Assembly (NCBI GenBank): GCA_030648515.1
Contig: JAUSHK010000005.1
Span: 48,383-112,382 of the forward strand
Direction: 5' to 3'
Length of the DNA: 64,000 nucleotides
From: Candidatus Jorgensenbacteria bacterium
GTDB taxonomy: Bacteria > Patescibacteriota > Minisyncoccia > UBA6257 > GWB1-50-10
Positions within the stretch are counted from its first letter, which is position 1, and every line of letters starts with the position of its first letter. Positions 1 through 9,506 of this stretch are shown here, piece by piece. Under the pieces are notes generated by a model. It worked only from the letters and a program-made list of their open reading frames with translations. It did no database searches and was not told where the DNA came from. Made by a program: the position numbers and the translations under genes.

Positions 1-64
1 GTTGTTTCGGATGGGAATTTCATATTCCCCTGCTGGTTAGCGCAATCGGCGCGTGGTAAATCTA

Positions 65-97
65 AAAAAGCCAAGGAAAAAGGATCCTTGGCTTTTT
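65..97. terminator. Intrinsic terminator, probably bidirectional
   Basis: AAAAAGCCAAGGA-loop-TCCTTGGCTTTTT inverted repeat flanked by A/T tracts, just downstream of the 113..241 ORF. Confidence 0.8.
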
Positions 98-112
98 GTT
101 TTACCGAGAAAT

Positions 113-241
113 CTACGCTTCACAGTCGCACGATTCGCACTTTCCTCCGTCGTGCTTTTCGTGATGGCACTCGTTGCAGTGGCAATCACATGAACCGTGA
201 TCATGCTCGTGTTCCTCGCCGCACTTTTTGCAGAATACCAT
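113..241 (-). CDS. Small Cys/His-rich metallothionein-like protein (42 aa; not in ORF track)
   Basis: Hand translation MVFCKKCGEEHEHDHGSCDCHCNECHHEKHDGGKCESCDCEA*; 9 Cys, 7 His; ATG start, own terminator. Confidence 0.75.
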   Translation of the reverse strand: MVFCKKCGEEHEHDHGSCDCHCNECHHEKHDGGKCESCDCEA

Positions 242-323
242 AGGTATGTTTTGTTTGTTTTATTTTATGCGCATCGACTCCTTGCGCATATCAGAACAAT
301 AAATACTGCACGCAATCCACTTA

Positions 324-647
324 CTATCTTGGGATCGCAAGGGCAAGGGACGCGAGAACTGCGACGGTAATAATAAGCAGAGCCGCTGCTGTATATATTG
401 CAAGTTTTAGCCCCTCTTTTTTCTTGCCGTCTAGATACCACATAATCGGCCGCGCAAAGACGAGAAGCCCGGTGATTGTCGCCGAAGCCACAAAAAGCAG
501 AAGAAAGCTGATGGGCCCGAACATGCTTTTATCCGCCACTGTTCCTAAAAGCGGGCCTACGTTAGTCATGAAAAACGCGACAAGTACGACATAGAGCGAG
601 GTTGCTACGGCATGCAAAACTGCGTACGAGATAATTTTCTTGTTCAT
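324..647 (-). CDS. Hypothetical membrane protein (about 3 TM)
   Basis: 107 aa, three hydrophobic segments. Confidence 0.75.
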   Translation of the reverse strand: MNKKIISYAVLHAVATSLYVVLVAFFMTNVGPLLGTVADKSMFGPISFLLLFVASATITGLLVFARPIMWYLDGKKKEGLKLAIYTAAALLIITVAVLASLALAIPR

Positions 648-656
648 ATATTTATT

Positions 657-1232
657 TTATTTCATCGGCTGCTGAGCCTGCTGATTTTCAACTAACTTGC
701 CGTTTTCTATTGTAAGATATTTTGATACTCCAACTGAAGGTTGTGCCGTCATCGGTTCGCCTGGTTTCCTATCCGCATAGTTTACAACAATCATCCCATA
801 ATGGCTATCCGAAGGCCTCGTTTCTGAAATCAAGTTAATATTTTGCGGGGCAATTCTGTCTCCTAAGTGTATGGCGTTTGTGCCTACGTATCCGCCGTTT
901 TCATTCAACGCCGCCGCGGCGTAATAAAATGTTCCACTCCCGCCGGGATTTTGAGCTATAAATACCGCCGCCTCATTTTTTCCATCTTTATTTAAATCTC
1001 CATAAACCGGATCGCCAAAAATTGACGTTGTTATTTTTGTTGCCGAATCAAACGATATTTCAATTTCCGATTCTCCGTTAACAAAAGTTATTCTGTTCCC
1101 GTCAATGATATACGTTGCGTTTAACGGACTCGCGGCTTGCGTGCTTGGCGCCGAGACCTGCGGCTTCTCCCATACAAACCAGCCTATACCGGCAATGATT
1201 ATTACCGCAATAAGAATTATTAACTTATTCAT
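657..1232 (-). CDS. Hypothetical secreted/membrane-anchored protein
   Basis: N-terminal hydrophobic anchor; GDLNKDG and GGSGTFYY motifs; extended -10 TGCTACACT 8 nt upstream. Confidence 0.75.
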   Translation of the reverse strand: MNKLIILIAVIIIAGIGWFVWEKPQVSAPSTQAASPLNATYIIDGNRITFVNGESEIEISFDSATKITTSIFGDPVYGDLNKDGKNEAAVFIAQNPGGSGTFYYAAAALNENGGYVGTNAIHLGDRIAPQNINLISETRPSDSHYGMIVVNYADRKPGEPMTAQPSVGVSKYLTIENGKLVENQQAQQPMK

Positions 1233-1256
1233 ATACGGTCAGTGTAGCACACGCGG

Positions 1257-2729
1257 TTAATCTGACACAGCTTTGTTAGCGGCATTAGCCATCGCCACGA
1301 TTGCGGCGCTGTCCGGCTTGTACCGATGAAGCGGCGCGAGTCCCTGTTGCCACGCCGTAATAAAGGGGTCAATGAAATGCCACATCGCGGCTATCTCGGC
1401 GCTTGAGACAAAGAGCGTCTGGTCTCCGCTCACGCAATCGAGAAGTAATTTTTCATACTCTTCCGTATATTGGCTTTTCGTTGATTCGCGGTCGCGGAAA
1501 TCAAATCGGAATGACCGCTCTTCAAGCTCAAGCGCATAGCCGGGCTTTTTGGCGTAGAAAGAAACAGTGATGCCTTCGTTCGGTTCCGTACGGATAATGA
1601 TACGGTTTCGAACATGATCTTTTCCTGGCGGGCAGAGACAGGGTTCGGGGTGCTTTAAAATAATCTCAACCTCCTTGAGCGGCGCGCCGAGCCGTTTGCC
1701 GCCTTCCATAATAATCGGGACGCTTTTCCATTGCGGCGCGGACAGAAATCCGCGGACGCGGAAATACGTTTCGGTATCGGAATCGGACGCGACGCCGCGG
1801 ATAGTGCGATACCCCTCGTACTGCGCGCGGAACGAGTTTGTCGCCGCATCAGCGATTGTCGGGGCAATGAGTGTCTTAAGTAGTTTTGTGCGCGCCGTGC
1901 GGATAGCGGCGGCGTCATAGCTCTCGGGCCGCTTCATAGTGAGAAGCGCAAGAATTTCAAGAAGATGGTTTTGCCCCACGTCGCGAAGCGCTCCCACGCC
2001 GTCATAAAATTCGCCGCGGTCCTCCACACCCTTACTTTCAAAAAGGCGGATATGAATACTTTGAATAAATTTGCGCCCCCACTCTGCTTCAAAGAGATTA
2101 TTTCCAAATCGAAACGCGATAATGTTCTGAAACATCTCTTTGGCGAGATAATGGTCAATGCGGTAGATTTGTTCTTCTTTGAAAAGTTTTGAAAGCTGTT
2201 TATCAAGCGCTTTTGCGCTTTTTCTGTCGCTTCCGAACGGTTTTTCAACGATAACCCGCGTCCATCCCTCACCTGACCCGCCGCACGGCTTTGTAAGTCC
2301 GCTTTGATGGAGATTATTAAAAATAACGCTATAGAACTGCGGCGGTACCGAGAGGTAAAAAAGCTTATTTGAGCACTGACCCCACTCGTCATCAATCTGC
2401 TTCAGTATTTTGCCGAGAACGCGATAGTTGCTTTCTTCGGAGAACGTGAGCTGGTGGTAACTTGTGAGATTTAGAAATCCGTTGCGCGCCAATCGCGCCG
2501 CTTTCGGGATTGCGTCACCGATAATTGATTTGACGTGCTTTTTAAAATCGCTGTCCTGCCAGTTGCGGCGCGATACGCCGACGAGCCGGAACCGAGACGG
2601 CAATGCTTGCTCCTTGTGCAAATGGAAAAGCGCCGGCACGATTTTTTTCGCCATTAAATCGCCCGTCGCGCCCAAGACGACCATGATGGTCGGCGCTCCT
2701 AAACTGGCAGGATTTATATTCTTTGCCAT
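1257..2729 (-). CDS. zwf: Glucose-6-phosphate 1-dehydrogenase
   Basis: GATGDL, EKPFG, RIDHYLAKE motifs; start moved to ATG 2729 (MAKNINP) to avoid overlap with upstream gene. Confidence 0.95.
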   Translation of the reverse strand: MAKNINPASLGAPTIMVVLGATGDLMAKKIVPALFHLHKEQALPSRFRLVGVSRRNWQDSDFKKHVKSIIGDAIPKAARLARNGFLNLTSYHQLTFSEESNYRVLGKILKQIDDEWGQCSNKLFYLSVPPQFYSVIFNNLHQSGLTKPCGGSGEGWTRVIVEKPFGSDRKSAKALDKQLSKLFKEEQIYRIDHYLAKEMFQNIIAFRFGNNLFEAEWGRKFIQSIHIRLFESKGVEDRGEFYDGVGALRDVGQNHLLEILALLTMKRPESYDAAAIRTARTKLLKTLIAPTIADAATNSFRAQYEGYRTIRGVASDSDTETYFRVRGFLSAPQWKSVPIIMEGGKRLGAPLKEVEIILKHPEPCLCPPGKDHVRNRIIIRTEPNEGITVSFYAKKPGYALELEERSFRFDFRDRESTKSQYTEEYEKLLLDCVSGDQTLFVSSAEIAAMWHFIDPFITAWQQGLAPLHRYKPDSAAIVAMANAANKAVSD

Positions 2730-2766
2730 GATATTGCCGTATAAGTAATACGGATTGGTCCGTTGT

Positions 2767-3144
2767 TTATTTTTTCCAGTACGCTTTGAAATTTTCAACT
2801 TCGGATACCAGCGTTTCTGCTGACTGTCCCGCGTATCGAATGGCTTTGTCGTCTATATATATCCACGCCACCGGTTTTCCGGGGTTTTCTCCCTGCATTT
2901 CCGGATTATGATTAATGAAATCAAAAGGAATTGAGAATTTCTCGCAATATTTTCTGATAAATTCATCCCCGCGCGTTGAATATATGAGAATCCTGAATCC
3001 TTTTTCTTTCAACAAACGCATTGCTTTTACCGTTTCCGTTACCGGTTCCTGAACGTCGCTGTGCGACACAAACCCGTTGTATTGCGCGATTGTTCCGTCA
3101 AAATCAAAAGCTATAATTCTTCCCTTTTTTATTGTTTGTTCCAT
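2767..3144 (-). CDS. Small HAD-superfamily phosphatase
   Basis: DFDGTI motif I, GKP...YIDDKA motifs III/IV. Confidence 0.8.
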   Translation of the reverse strand: MEQTIKKGRIIAFDFDGTIAQYNGFVSHSDVQEPVTETVKAMRLLKEKGFRILIYSTRGDEFIRKYCEKFSIPFDFINHNPEMQGENPGKPVAWIYIDDKAIRYAGQSAETLVSEVENFKAYWKK

Positions 3145-3157
3145 GCAGCAAATAAAA

Positions 3158-3892
3158 CTACATCTCCGCTTCTTTTCTTAAGATATAGTTGGTGGACATA
3201 TCACCGCCGTCAACTGTAATAGTAGTGCCGTTTATATAACTTGATTTATCAGAGAGCAAAAAACTTACAACTTGAGCGATTTCCTCGTAGGTGCCGACTC
3301 TCTTAAGCGGATTAAGCGACGCGACTTCCTTAAGCAGTTCTTTCGGAGCTCCCATGCCGCCACCTATCCACCCGGGGGCAATGGCGTTCGTTCGTATCTT
3401 TTTCGGAGCGAGAATATTAGCAAGGCTTTGGGTTATATTAATGAGGGCTGCTTTGCTTGCGGAATAAGCCATGCCTGAAAAAGAACCAATCATGCCGTCG
3501 GTGCTTGAAATATTTACAATTGAAGCATCTTTTTCAAGATTTTCTTTTAAACCCTCTATTAATAAAAGCGGGGCATTTAAGTTAATCTCAAAAGTTTTTT
3601 CCCATACTTTCATATCAAAATTATTAAGGTCAACATCAATAAAAACGCCCGCACTATTCACGATTCCCTTGAAACGAAATTTGCCTAATTTTTGTATTAA
3701 AGCTTCTGTATTTTTCCTGTTGCTGAAATCACATTGAAACATCTCAATGTTTTTAAGTTTATTCTTGAGCTTCTCGGCTTCTTCTTTTCCCGTGTTATAA
3801 ATTCCATACACAAAATAACCCTCTTTTACCAAAAGTTGCGCGACTGCCTTACCCATTCCACTTGATACGCCGGTTACGAGAATGTTTTTCAT
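3158..3892 (-). CDS. SDR family oxidoreductase (FabG-like)
   Basis: TGVSSGMG, YSASK, DGG motifs. Confidence 0.9.
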   Translation of the reverse strand: MKNILVTGVSSGMGKAVAQLLVKEGYFVYGIYNTGKEEAEKLKNKLKNIEMFQCDFSNRKNTEALIQKLGKFRFKGIVNSAGVFIDVDLNNFDMKVWEKTFEINLNAPLLLIEGLKENLEKDASIVNISSTDGMIGSFSGMAYSASKAALINITQSLANILAPKKIRTNAIAPGWIGGGMGAPKELLKEVASLNPLKRVGTYEEIAQVVSFLLSDKSSYINGTTITVDGGDMSTNYILRKEAEM

Positions 3893-3917
3893 AAGTTGAT
3901 TATAGCAATTTCTCGTA

Positions 3918-4382
3918 TTATAAAATTTTAAGTTCGGAGAGCCATTCTTTCCAGACGGGTTCTATGCCGGGCGATGATTGCCACTCCGTTTCGCTTATTT
4001 TCCCCAAAATATAGTTTTCTGTTCTCTCGGCAAGTTTGCGAATTTGCTCTTTTGTATACCAGCCGTATTGCTTGGTTTCACTTGGGCTTGCTGTAACCTT
4101 CCCTTCTGTTTTCACTTCAAAGATTTTCCAGTAATGCCATGTGCCGTCCTCGCGCCTGCAAGGATTTTCTTTTCTGCCTTCGGCAAGTAATGTAATTTTT
4201 TTGGCATTGAGACCAACTTCTTCTTCAACTTCCTTCCGTGCCGCATCTTCAAAAGACCCATGGTCGTCAATGTGGCCGGCGGGAGGAGCAAAACCATACG
4301 GCGGCTTGCGCCGTTCAATAAGAAGTAGTTTGTCGCCATCCCAAATAAGCATTCCGACGCTTTTATGGTCGCAAATCGCCAT
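3918..4382 (-). CDS. NUDIX hydrolase
   Basis: Nudix box PAGHIDDHGSFEDAARKEVEEEVGL. Confidence 0.9.
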   Translation of the reverse strand: MAICDHKSVGMLIWDGDKLLLIERRKPPYGFAPPAGHIDDHGSFEDAARKEVEEEVGLNAKKITLLAEGRKENPCRREDGTWHYWKIFEVKTEGKVTASPSETKQYGWYTKEQIRKLAERTENYILGKISETEWQSSPGIEPVWKEWLSELKIL

Positions 4383-4383
4383 A

Positions 4384-4791
4384 TTACGCTATTTTTGTAA
4401 GGTCGCCGTTCAGTACGACTGGCTCAACTGTCAGTATCTCGTCCTCAATATATTTTTGGCTGGGAATTGCGTTTAATAGATAGATTTTCTTATCCCGATA
4501 GTGCGCGAAACCAACTTCAAGAAACGTGTTTGCCCCGATGTAATTTTCAACTTCCCCTTTCGTAATATTCATGACAAGAATGGCGTCTGATTTTTCTATT
4601 TTATCCATGTGTTCCGATATAAGCCCCAATTTCTTTTTTGCCTGAACCCGGCCGGCATTATCCTTAGACCAATAATCAACGCCGTCGGCTTTTATTGGCA
4701 TGAGAACTGTGTGGCCCATTTGCTCAAGCTTACCTTTCACTCCGAGCATTTGGTCAAAGAATTTTATAGATCCGCAAACGGTAATAGTCAT
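4384..4791 (-). CDS. Nucleoside 2-deoxyribosyltransferase-like protein
   Basis: ITVCGS...SDAILVMN...YIGANTFLEVGFA pattern; similar to 16002..16412. Confidence 0.65.
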   Translation of the reverse strand: MTITVCGSIKFFDQMLGVKGKLEQMGHTVLMPIKADGVDYWSKDNAGRVQAKKKLGLISEHMDKIEKSDAILVMNITKGEVENYIGANTFLEVGFAHYRDKKIYLLNAIPSQKYIEDEILTVEPVVLNGDLTKIA

Positions 4792-4829
4792 GTTTGTATT
4801 ATACTTTATTTTTCGTTTTATTCTATGAC

Positions 4830-5861
4830 TTATACGGTCTGAACTGGCCCGCCTTGATTTGTGCGGTTCAATTTGCGCGAGCGCTGGTACGCTTCAATCT
4901 CACTTAATTTAAGCGCTGTTGTGGTGTTTCCTGTGCGCACATAGAAGTGTTCGTCATTGTCTGTTTTTAAATATACCGGCATTCTACTTTTAAGCGTCTG
5001 GACGACGCAGAGGTTTGTTTGCCCAGCGCTCGGAAACCATAGTTTCACAAGGTGGCGGAACTCCGGTCCGATCATGACGTTAAATACTTGCGTGAAATGA
5101 TTCTCAAATCCGTCGCTGTTCTGATGCTGGAGTGTTTGGTAATCATTCATAAGCCCAATCGGTTCCCGCGCGTTGTTTACGCCTATCACAAGCTCGCCGC
5201 CGTGCGAGTTCAAAAACGCGGCAACCGTTTTCATTGCCGCTTTTTCTAAATCGCGGTTCATTTTGCCGCTATGGTGGTCAAAACGAAGAGATGATTTGAA
5301 TTCAAGGTGCTCGTGCTCTTCAGTTCCAAGAAGTTTCTGCACGTCGGGCGCGGTAAAGCTGTCCCGTTCCGGGTTTATGCATTCTTCTATCGTCTCCACG
5401 AGTTCATCCGGCCGCGAAACATCTGCGATGACAAATGCCGTACCGGAAGAATCGTCTTTAATGCGAATTGAGCCATAATGAAACAGTTTCCCTGGTAGAT
5501 TAGAAGAAACGGTTGCCGTCATGGATTTTTTGAGTGAAACCGCAGTATTCTTTTTCAAGAAGACGCCGCGCTGATGCGAAATAATCCCAGGGCCCGCGGA
5601 ATATGACTCAAAATACCAGCGCGCGAACGCGTAGATAGTAACAAAAAGCTGTACGCCAGCAAGAAATATGAGCTTCGCAATGCTGTATGGAAGCACGCCG
5701 GAAAAGAAGAACGACTGCGTGTAGAGGTCGTATTTGTAGCTGCCGCCGCCGAGGACGAGGAGATATGCGATGAATATAAGAAGCTCTATCCCGATAAACG
5801 TTCGGACGAGAATAAATGGGCTTTTTTTGATTGTTACTACAGTATCGCCCAAACTCTTCAT
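4830..5861 (-). CDS. Membrane protein with bacterial PH-like domain and C-terminal Schlafen/AlbA_2 domain
   Basis: 2 TM; ISHQRGVF...FHYGSIRI (bPH-like); EHEHLEFKSS...AAFLNSHGGELVIGV...FYVRTGNTT (AlbA_2); likely start ATG 5861. Confidence 0.8.
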   Translation of the reverse strand: MKSLGDTVVTIKKSPFILVRTFIGIELLIFIAYLLVLGGGSYKYDLYTQSFFFSGVLPYSIAKLIFLAGVQLFVTIYAFARWYFESYSAGPGIISHQRGVFLKKNTAVSLKKSMTATVSSNLPGKLFHYGSIRIKDDSSGTAFVIADVSRPDELVETIEECINPERDSFTAPDVQKLLGTEEHEHLEFKSSLRFDHHSGKMNRDLEKAAMKTVAAFLNSHGGELVIGVNNAREPIGLMNDYQTLQHQNSDGFENHFTQVFNVMIGPEFRHLVKLWFPSAGQTNLCVVQTLKSRMPVYLKTDNDEHFYVRTGNTTTALKLSEIEAYQRSRKLNRTNQGGPVQTV

Positions 5862-5962
5862 GTATCTAGTGTAAAACAAAATTTAATTGGAGCAAAGGAA
5901 GATGCGACTTCTTCTTTGTGAACGAAGCTTTATTGCAAAAAGGCTAATTTTGATTTTTATGA

Positions 5963-6697
5963 TTAGTTTTGTAAGTCTTGTTGATGCGTCTTGGTTTCTG
6001 GTGTTTGAAGATTAATAATTTCTTTGTTGTTAGAATTTTTTTGCTCTATCTGTTGTTGTTTGATTTTAGTTTTATCTTCTGCTCTTTTTGAAAATAATGA
6101 CGACAAATCTTTGTTATGCAGCCATTCTTGGGGCGCTGGTATTATTTGATTTTTAAAACTCTCAGTAGTTTTATCTTCTAATGTCTGAATCATCATTCCA
6201 ATAATCATTAAAAAATTACCTCTTGGATTAATCATTTCCGACACTATGCGCCCCCTAGATCCTTCCGGAAATAAATTTCTACCTTTCTTGTATACTTCTG
6301 ATACGCTCTGAGAAGACGAGACTAGACTTTCTAGAAAATCTTTTATTCTTCCGGTATTAAAACTTGAGCCATAAACATTATGCGCAAAGTCATTTCTCAT
6401 TTTTCTTATTATGTTAAAATTTTGTGTAAATTTTGCACTTATTAAGCCAAGTCTAAATGCTAACTGAATCTTCGAATTAAATGTTGACACTGGCGCGTTA
6501 TTTTGATCAAATAGTTCATCCTCACTAGTCGTCGTAGGAGCCAAGTGAGATTTCAAGAGGGTGGTTAAAGTATTTTCTAATAATGATACCGATAATATAG
6601 CAGCAGCACGATCTGTTTCTTTTGAAAATTCATTTATAAGAAAGTCCCCTTTTTCCCACGTTGTTTCATGTGAAGATTGGTTATTTGCGTTTTCCAT
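5963..6697 (-). CDS. MtlR/MltR-like protein
   Basis: ETDRAAAIL...FNSKIQLAFRLGLI...RNDFAH; AT-rich. Confidence 0.65.
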   Translation of the reverse strand: MENANNQSSHETTWEKGDFLINEFSKETDRAAAILSVSLLENTLTTLLKSHLAPTTTSEDELFDQNNAPVSTFNSKIQLAFRLGLISAKFTQNFNIIRKMRNDFAHNVYGSSFNTGRIKDFLESLVSSSQSVSEVYKKGRNLFPEGSRGRIVSEMINPRGNFLMIIGMMIQTLEDKTTESFKNQIIPAPQEWLHNKDLSSLFSKRAEDKTKIKQQQIEQKNSNNKEIINLQTPETKTHQQDLQN

Positions 6698-6755
6698 GTT
6701 TTTATTTTATTATTTTAGTACTTCTAAATCTTTTTTGATACTACATTTATCCTAA

Positions 6756-7673
6756 TTAGCCTCTACTCAACCAATCAGCTATCGTTTTTGCCAGCTGTTT
6801 CTCGCGGCCCTTAAATCCGTGGTCCGCGCCTTTAATAATCCGGTAATCTAGTTTCGGTTGATACTGTTTCAGTATCTCAACAATTTTTGGCACATTGCCC
6901 CAGGCGTACTGGTCTTTATCTCCGTATACGACAAGGGATTGTTTTTTGATGGATTTGAAATACCGAAAGAGCGGTTTTGTTGAAAGCTTCTTTTTCCGAA
7001 GAACTTCGTAGAACGGAAATGTGTTATAGTCCCCATCTGGATTTGCTGCGTCATAAAATCCAGCGTAGGAAAATATTTCGTCAGGCAGAATTTCTTTGAT
7101 AATTTCTCCGCCTCGCTTGGCTTTTATTTTTCTTTTGGCCTCGGAGAGAAGTCTTGAGAACCTGGATTTTCCCAATATATCGTAATAGATGCCGGTATCG
7201 TCGCCTCCGCAAAGAAGAACGTATTTTTTGATGTCGTTTTTCGGCTTATAGAAGTTGTAAACGCAAATCTTATTCGCGCCCGTTGAAGTGCCGATGAGAT
7301 AAAACTCGCGATAGCCCCGTTCTTTAAGAAAAGAAATAGCTCCATCAATATCAGGCACGCATTCTTTTATTTTTTCGTACGCCATTCCAAACAGTTTCCG
7401 TTCATCTTTATTACCACGCTTTACATAAAGATTTTTAATAACGTGCGCTCCCCTATTATTGAAATAAAGGGTTGAAATATTTTTCTCGGCCCAGGCGGAA
7501 GCGAGTATGCTATTTTTTGCTTTGTTGTAAAAAACCGACGAGCCCATACCATGCAAACAGATAGCGACGGCTTTTCCCTTTTTCGCTTTGTATAAAAGCC
7601 CGGGAAGCGTAAGCCCGTCTTTTGTTTGAAATTCCACAAATTCCGGCTGTACGGCGGTGTTTTTCATACTCAA
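6756..7673 (-). CDS. Alpha/beta hydrolase (DUF1749-like)
   Basis: HG oxyanion motif, GTSTG nucleophile elbow, GADH. Confidence 0.8.
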   Translation of the reverse strand: MSMKNTAVQPEFVEFQTKDGLTLPGLLYKAKKGKAVAICLHGMGSSVFYNKAKNSILASAWAEKNISTLYFNNRGAHVIKNLYVKRGNKDERKLFGMAYEKIKECVPDIDGAISFLKERGYREFYLIGTSTGANKICVYNFYKPKNDIKKYVLLCGGDDTGIYYDILGKSRFSRLLSEAKRKIKAKRGGEIIKEILPDEIFSYAGFYDAANPDGDYNTFPFYEVLRKKKLSTKPLFRYFKSIKKQSLVVYGDKDQYAWGNVPKIVEILKQYQPKLDYRIIKGADHGFKGREKQLAKTIADWLSRG

Positions 7674-7737
7674 TTCAATTGTATGCCGTCGCGGAGAATT
7701 GGTCTACCTGCAGAATTTATGACATAATGACATTACA

Positions 7738-8598
7738 ATGAAAGTATTGAATACGGCATGGTTTATCGCGTTATTGCTTTGTGTTTCTGTGGTTCTAAAA
7801 AGCGCGAGCGCGGCGGCAGATTTTACATTTACACGTAATCTTTCTCTAGGAATTCGCGGAGACGATGTGTCCGCCTTACAACAATTTTTAATTGCCGGCG
7901 GTTTTCTAAAAATTCTTACCCCGACCGGCTACTTCGGCCCCCTTACAACAACCGCTCTTGGCGCGTGGCAGACATCAGTGAGTATTTATCCTCCCGCAGG
8001 TTTTTTCGGCCCTATTTCAAGGGGGAAAATCAACACGGTTGCTCAACAAGCGCCGATCAGTGCAACTTTGGCGAAAGATGCCGTAGGAACAACGACTATT
8101 ATTGCTGAAACAACGAGTACAGCGGTTGTAAATATTATTGACGGGTCTCCGGTTCGCCTCAAAATCCCAAAGCTTAACATTGACGCGGGCTTTCAATATA
8201 ACGGCCTTAAGTCCGATGGGACAATGGAGATACCAAACAATGTTACTGACGTAGGGTGGTTTACAGGCAGTCCGCGCCCCGGAGAAAAAGGGAGTTCTAT
8301 TGTTACCGGACATGTTGCCCAAATACGCGGAGGGATAATGACGAAACCTGGAGTGTTCAGTAATTTGAGCGAATTGAAAATCGGAGACAAATTGTACGTT
8401 CTAAACGACAAAGGAGAATCCATTGCTTTCGTTGTCCGCGAAAGCCGCGTTTATGACCCAACGGCCGACGCCACCGATATTTTTACGCCCGGAGACGGCG
8501 GAATTCATCTTAACCTTATCACCTGCGAGGGTTCCTGGAATCCGGAGAAATTAAGCTATACCCAAAGATTGGTGGTATTCACTGACGCCGTGCAATAA
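7738..8598 (+). CDS. Class F sortase fused to peptidoglycan-binding domain
   Basis: Signal peptide; G.RG.DV..LQ.FL...TGYFGPLT (PG_binding_1); GH...LITC...R sortase triad. Confidence 0.85.
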   Translation: MKVLNTAWFIALLLCVSVVLKSASAAADFTFTRNLSLGIRGDDVSALQQFLIAGGFLKILTPTGYFGPLTTTALGAWQTSVSIYPPAGFFGPISRGKINTVAQQAPISATLAKDAVGTTTIIAETTSTAVVNIIDGSPVRLKIPKLNIDAGFQYNGLKSDGTMEIPNNVTDVGWFTGSPRPGEKGSSIVTGHVAQIRGGIMTKPGVFSNLSELKIGDKLYVLNDKGESIAFVVRESRVYDPTADATDIFTPGDGGIHLNLITCEGSWNPEKLSYTQRLVVFTDAVQ

Positions 8599-8615
8599 CT
8601 TTCCTCCCCTGTTTA

Positions 8616-9503
8616 TTATTTTGTATAGTATCCAAAAAGCGCTTTGATGCCGGCCAAATTTCGCTCCCACTCAACCGTCTCGTGAGTTTTAAGCTCAACT
8701 GTGATTGCCGGAATGTTGATTGAAGCAAGCCACCCTTCGGCGTCGCCCGTAATCTCGTAGGCGCTAAAAGAATCAACTGCCGGATATCCCGACGCGTGCG
8801 AATACGCCCCAATAATTTCAAGCGTCTTCGGAAGAATTCCTCTTTCGCATTCTGACGCGTACACGGCGTTTGACTGGCTGTGCCAAAACACGACAGCGGC
8901 CGGATTATTTTTAAAAACAAAATCACGAATAGCACGAGTTTCCGGCTCGGAGAACGGCGCCGTCCCCGCGCTTACAACATTTCCCTGCCACATGCTTTCC
9001 GGCTTCCACTTACAATCAAAATTGCGATTCAGGTCAACTTTATGCGCGTTGAAGCGCCCCGGCGCTTCGGAGACGCCCACGGGCACATCTGGGGCGGTGA
9101 AGCGCCCTTCCTTGCCGATTACTTTATATACCCCATCAGGATTAGCGGACGGAATCACGGCAACGGTCAAATTCGCGGGAATGGCTTTTGGATTAGCGTT
9201 AAGATAATCCATAAATGCGTACGCTAAAAGCACGCTGTTCCACTCATAGCCGCCGTGCACGCCGCCCACAAATGCCAGAAGCGTTTTTCCGCTTCCGTAT
9301 GTATACGATTCGATTTGTCGGCCTTCCACTGATAAACCTATTACGTTGCGTTTTGGAGCGTAATTTTCTGTTTTAACCGGCACTATCGTTACTGGCTTTG
9401 GCGTGCTGCCGCTTCGCAATAAAATAAATATAAGCAAACCGACGCCGAGCACGGCAATAACAATGGCCGCAATGACACGTTTAGTCCGCAAGAGGCTTAC
9501 CAC
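8616..9503 (-). CDS. M14 zinc carboxypeptidase (MpaA-like), membrane anchored
   Basis: GGVHGGYE, NPDG, DLNRNF, SEPE, WHS motifs. Confidence 0.85.
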   Translation of the reverse strand: MVSLLRTKRVIAAIVIAVLGVGLLIFILLRSGSTPKPVTIVPVKTENYAPKRNVIGLSVEGRQIESYTYGSGKTLLAFVGGVHGGYEWNSVLLAYAFMDYLNANPKAIPANLTVAVIPSANPDGVYKVIGKEGRFTAPDVPVGVSEAPGRFNAHKVDLNRNFDCKWKPESMWQGNVVSAGTAPFSEPETRAIRDFVFKNNPAAVVFWHSQSNAVYASECERGILPKTLEIIGAYSHASGYPAVDSFSAYEITGDAEGWLASINIPAITVELKTHETVEWERNLAGIKALFGYYTK

Positions 9504-9506
9504 AAA

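Noticed and set aside
1-60. 3' end of a plus-strand gene at the window start
   Set aside because: Plausible given the bidirectional terminator, but the frame cannot be determined from 60 nt
2730-2798. Longer zwf start in the ORF track
   Set aside because: Overlaps the upstream HAD gene; ATG 2729 fits the family N-terminus better
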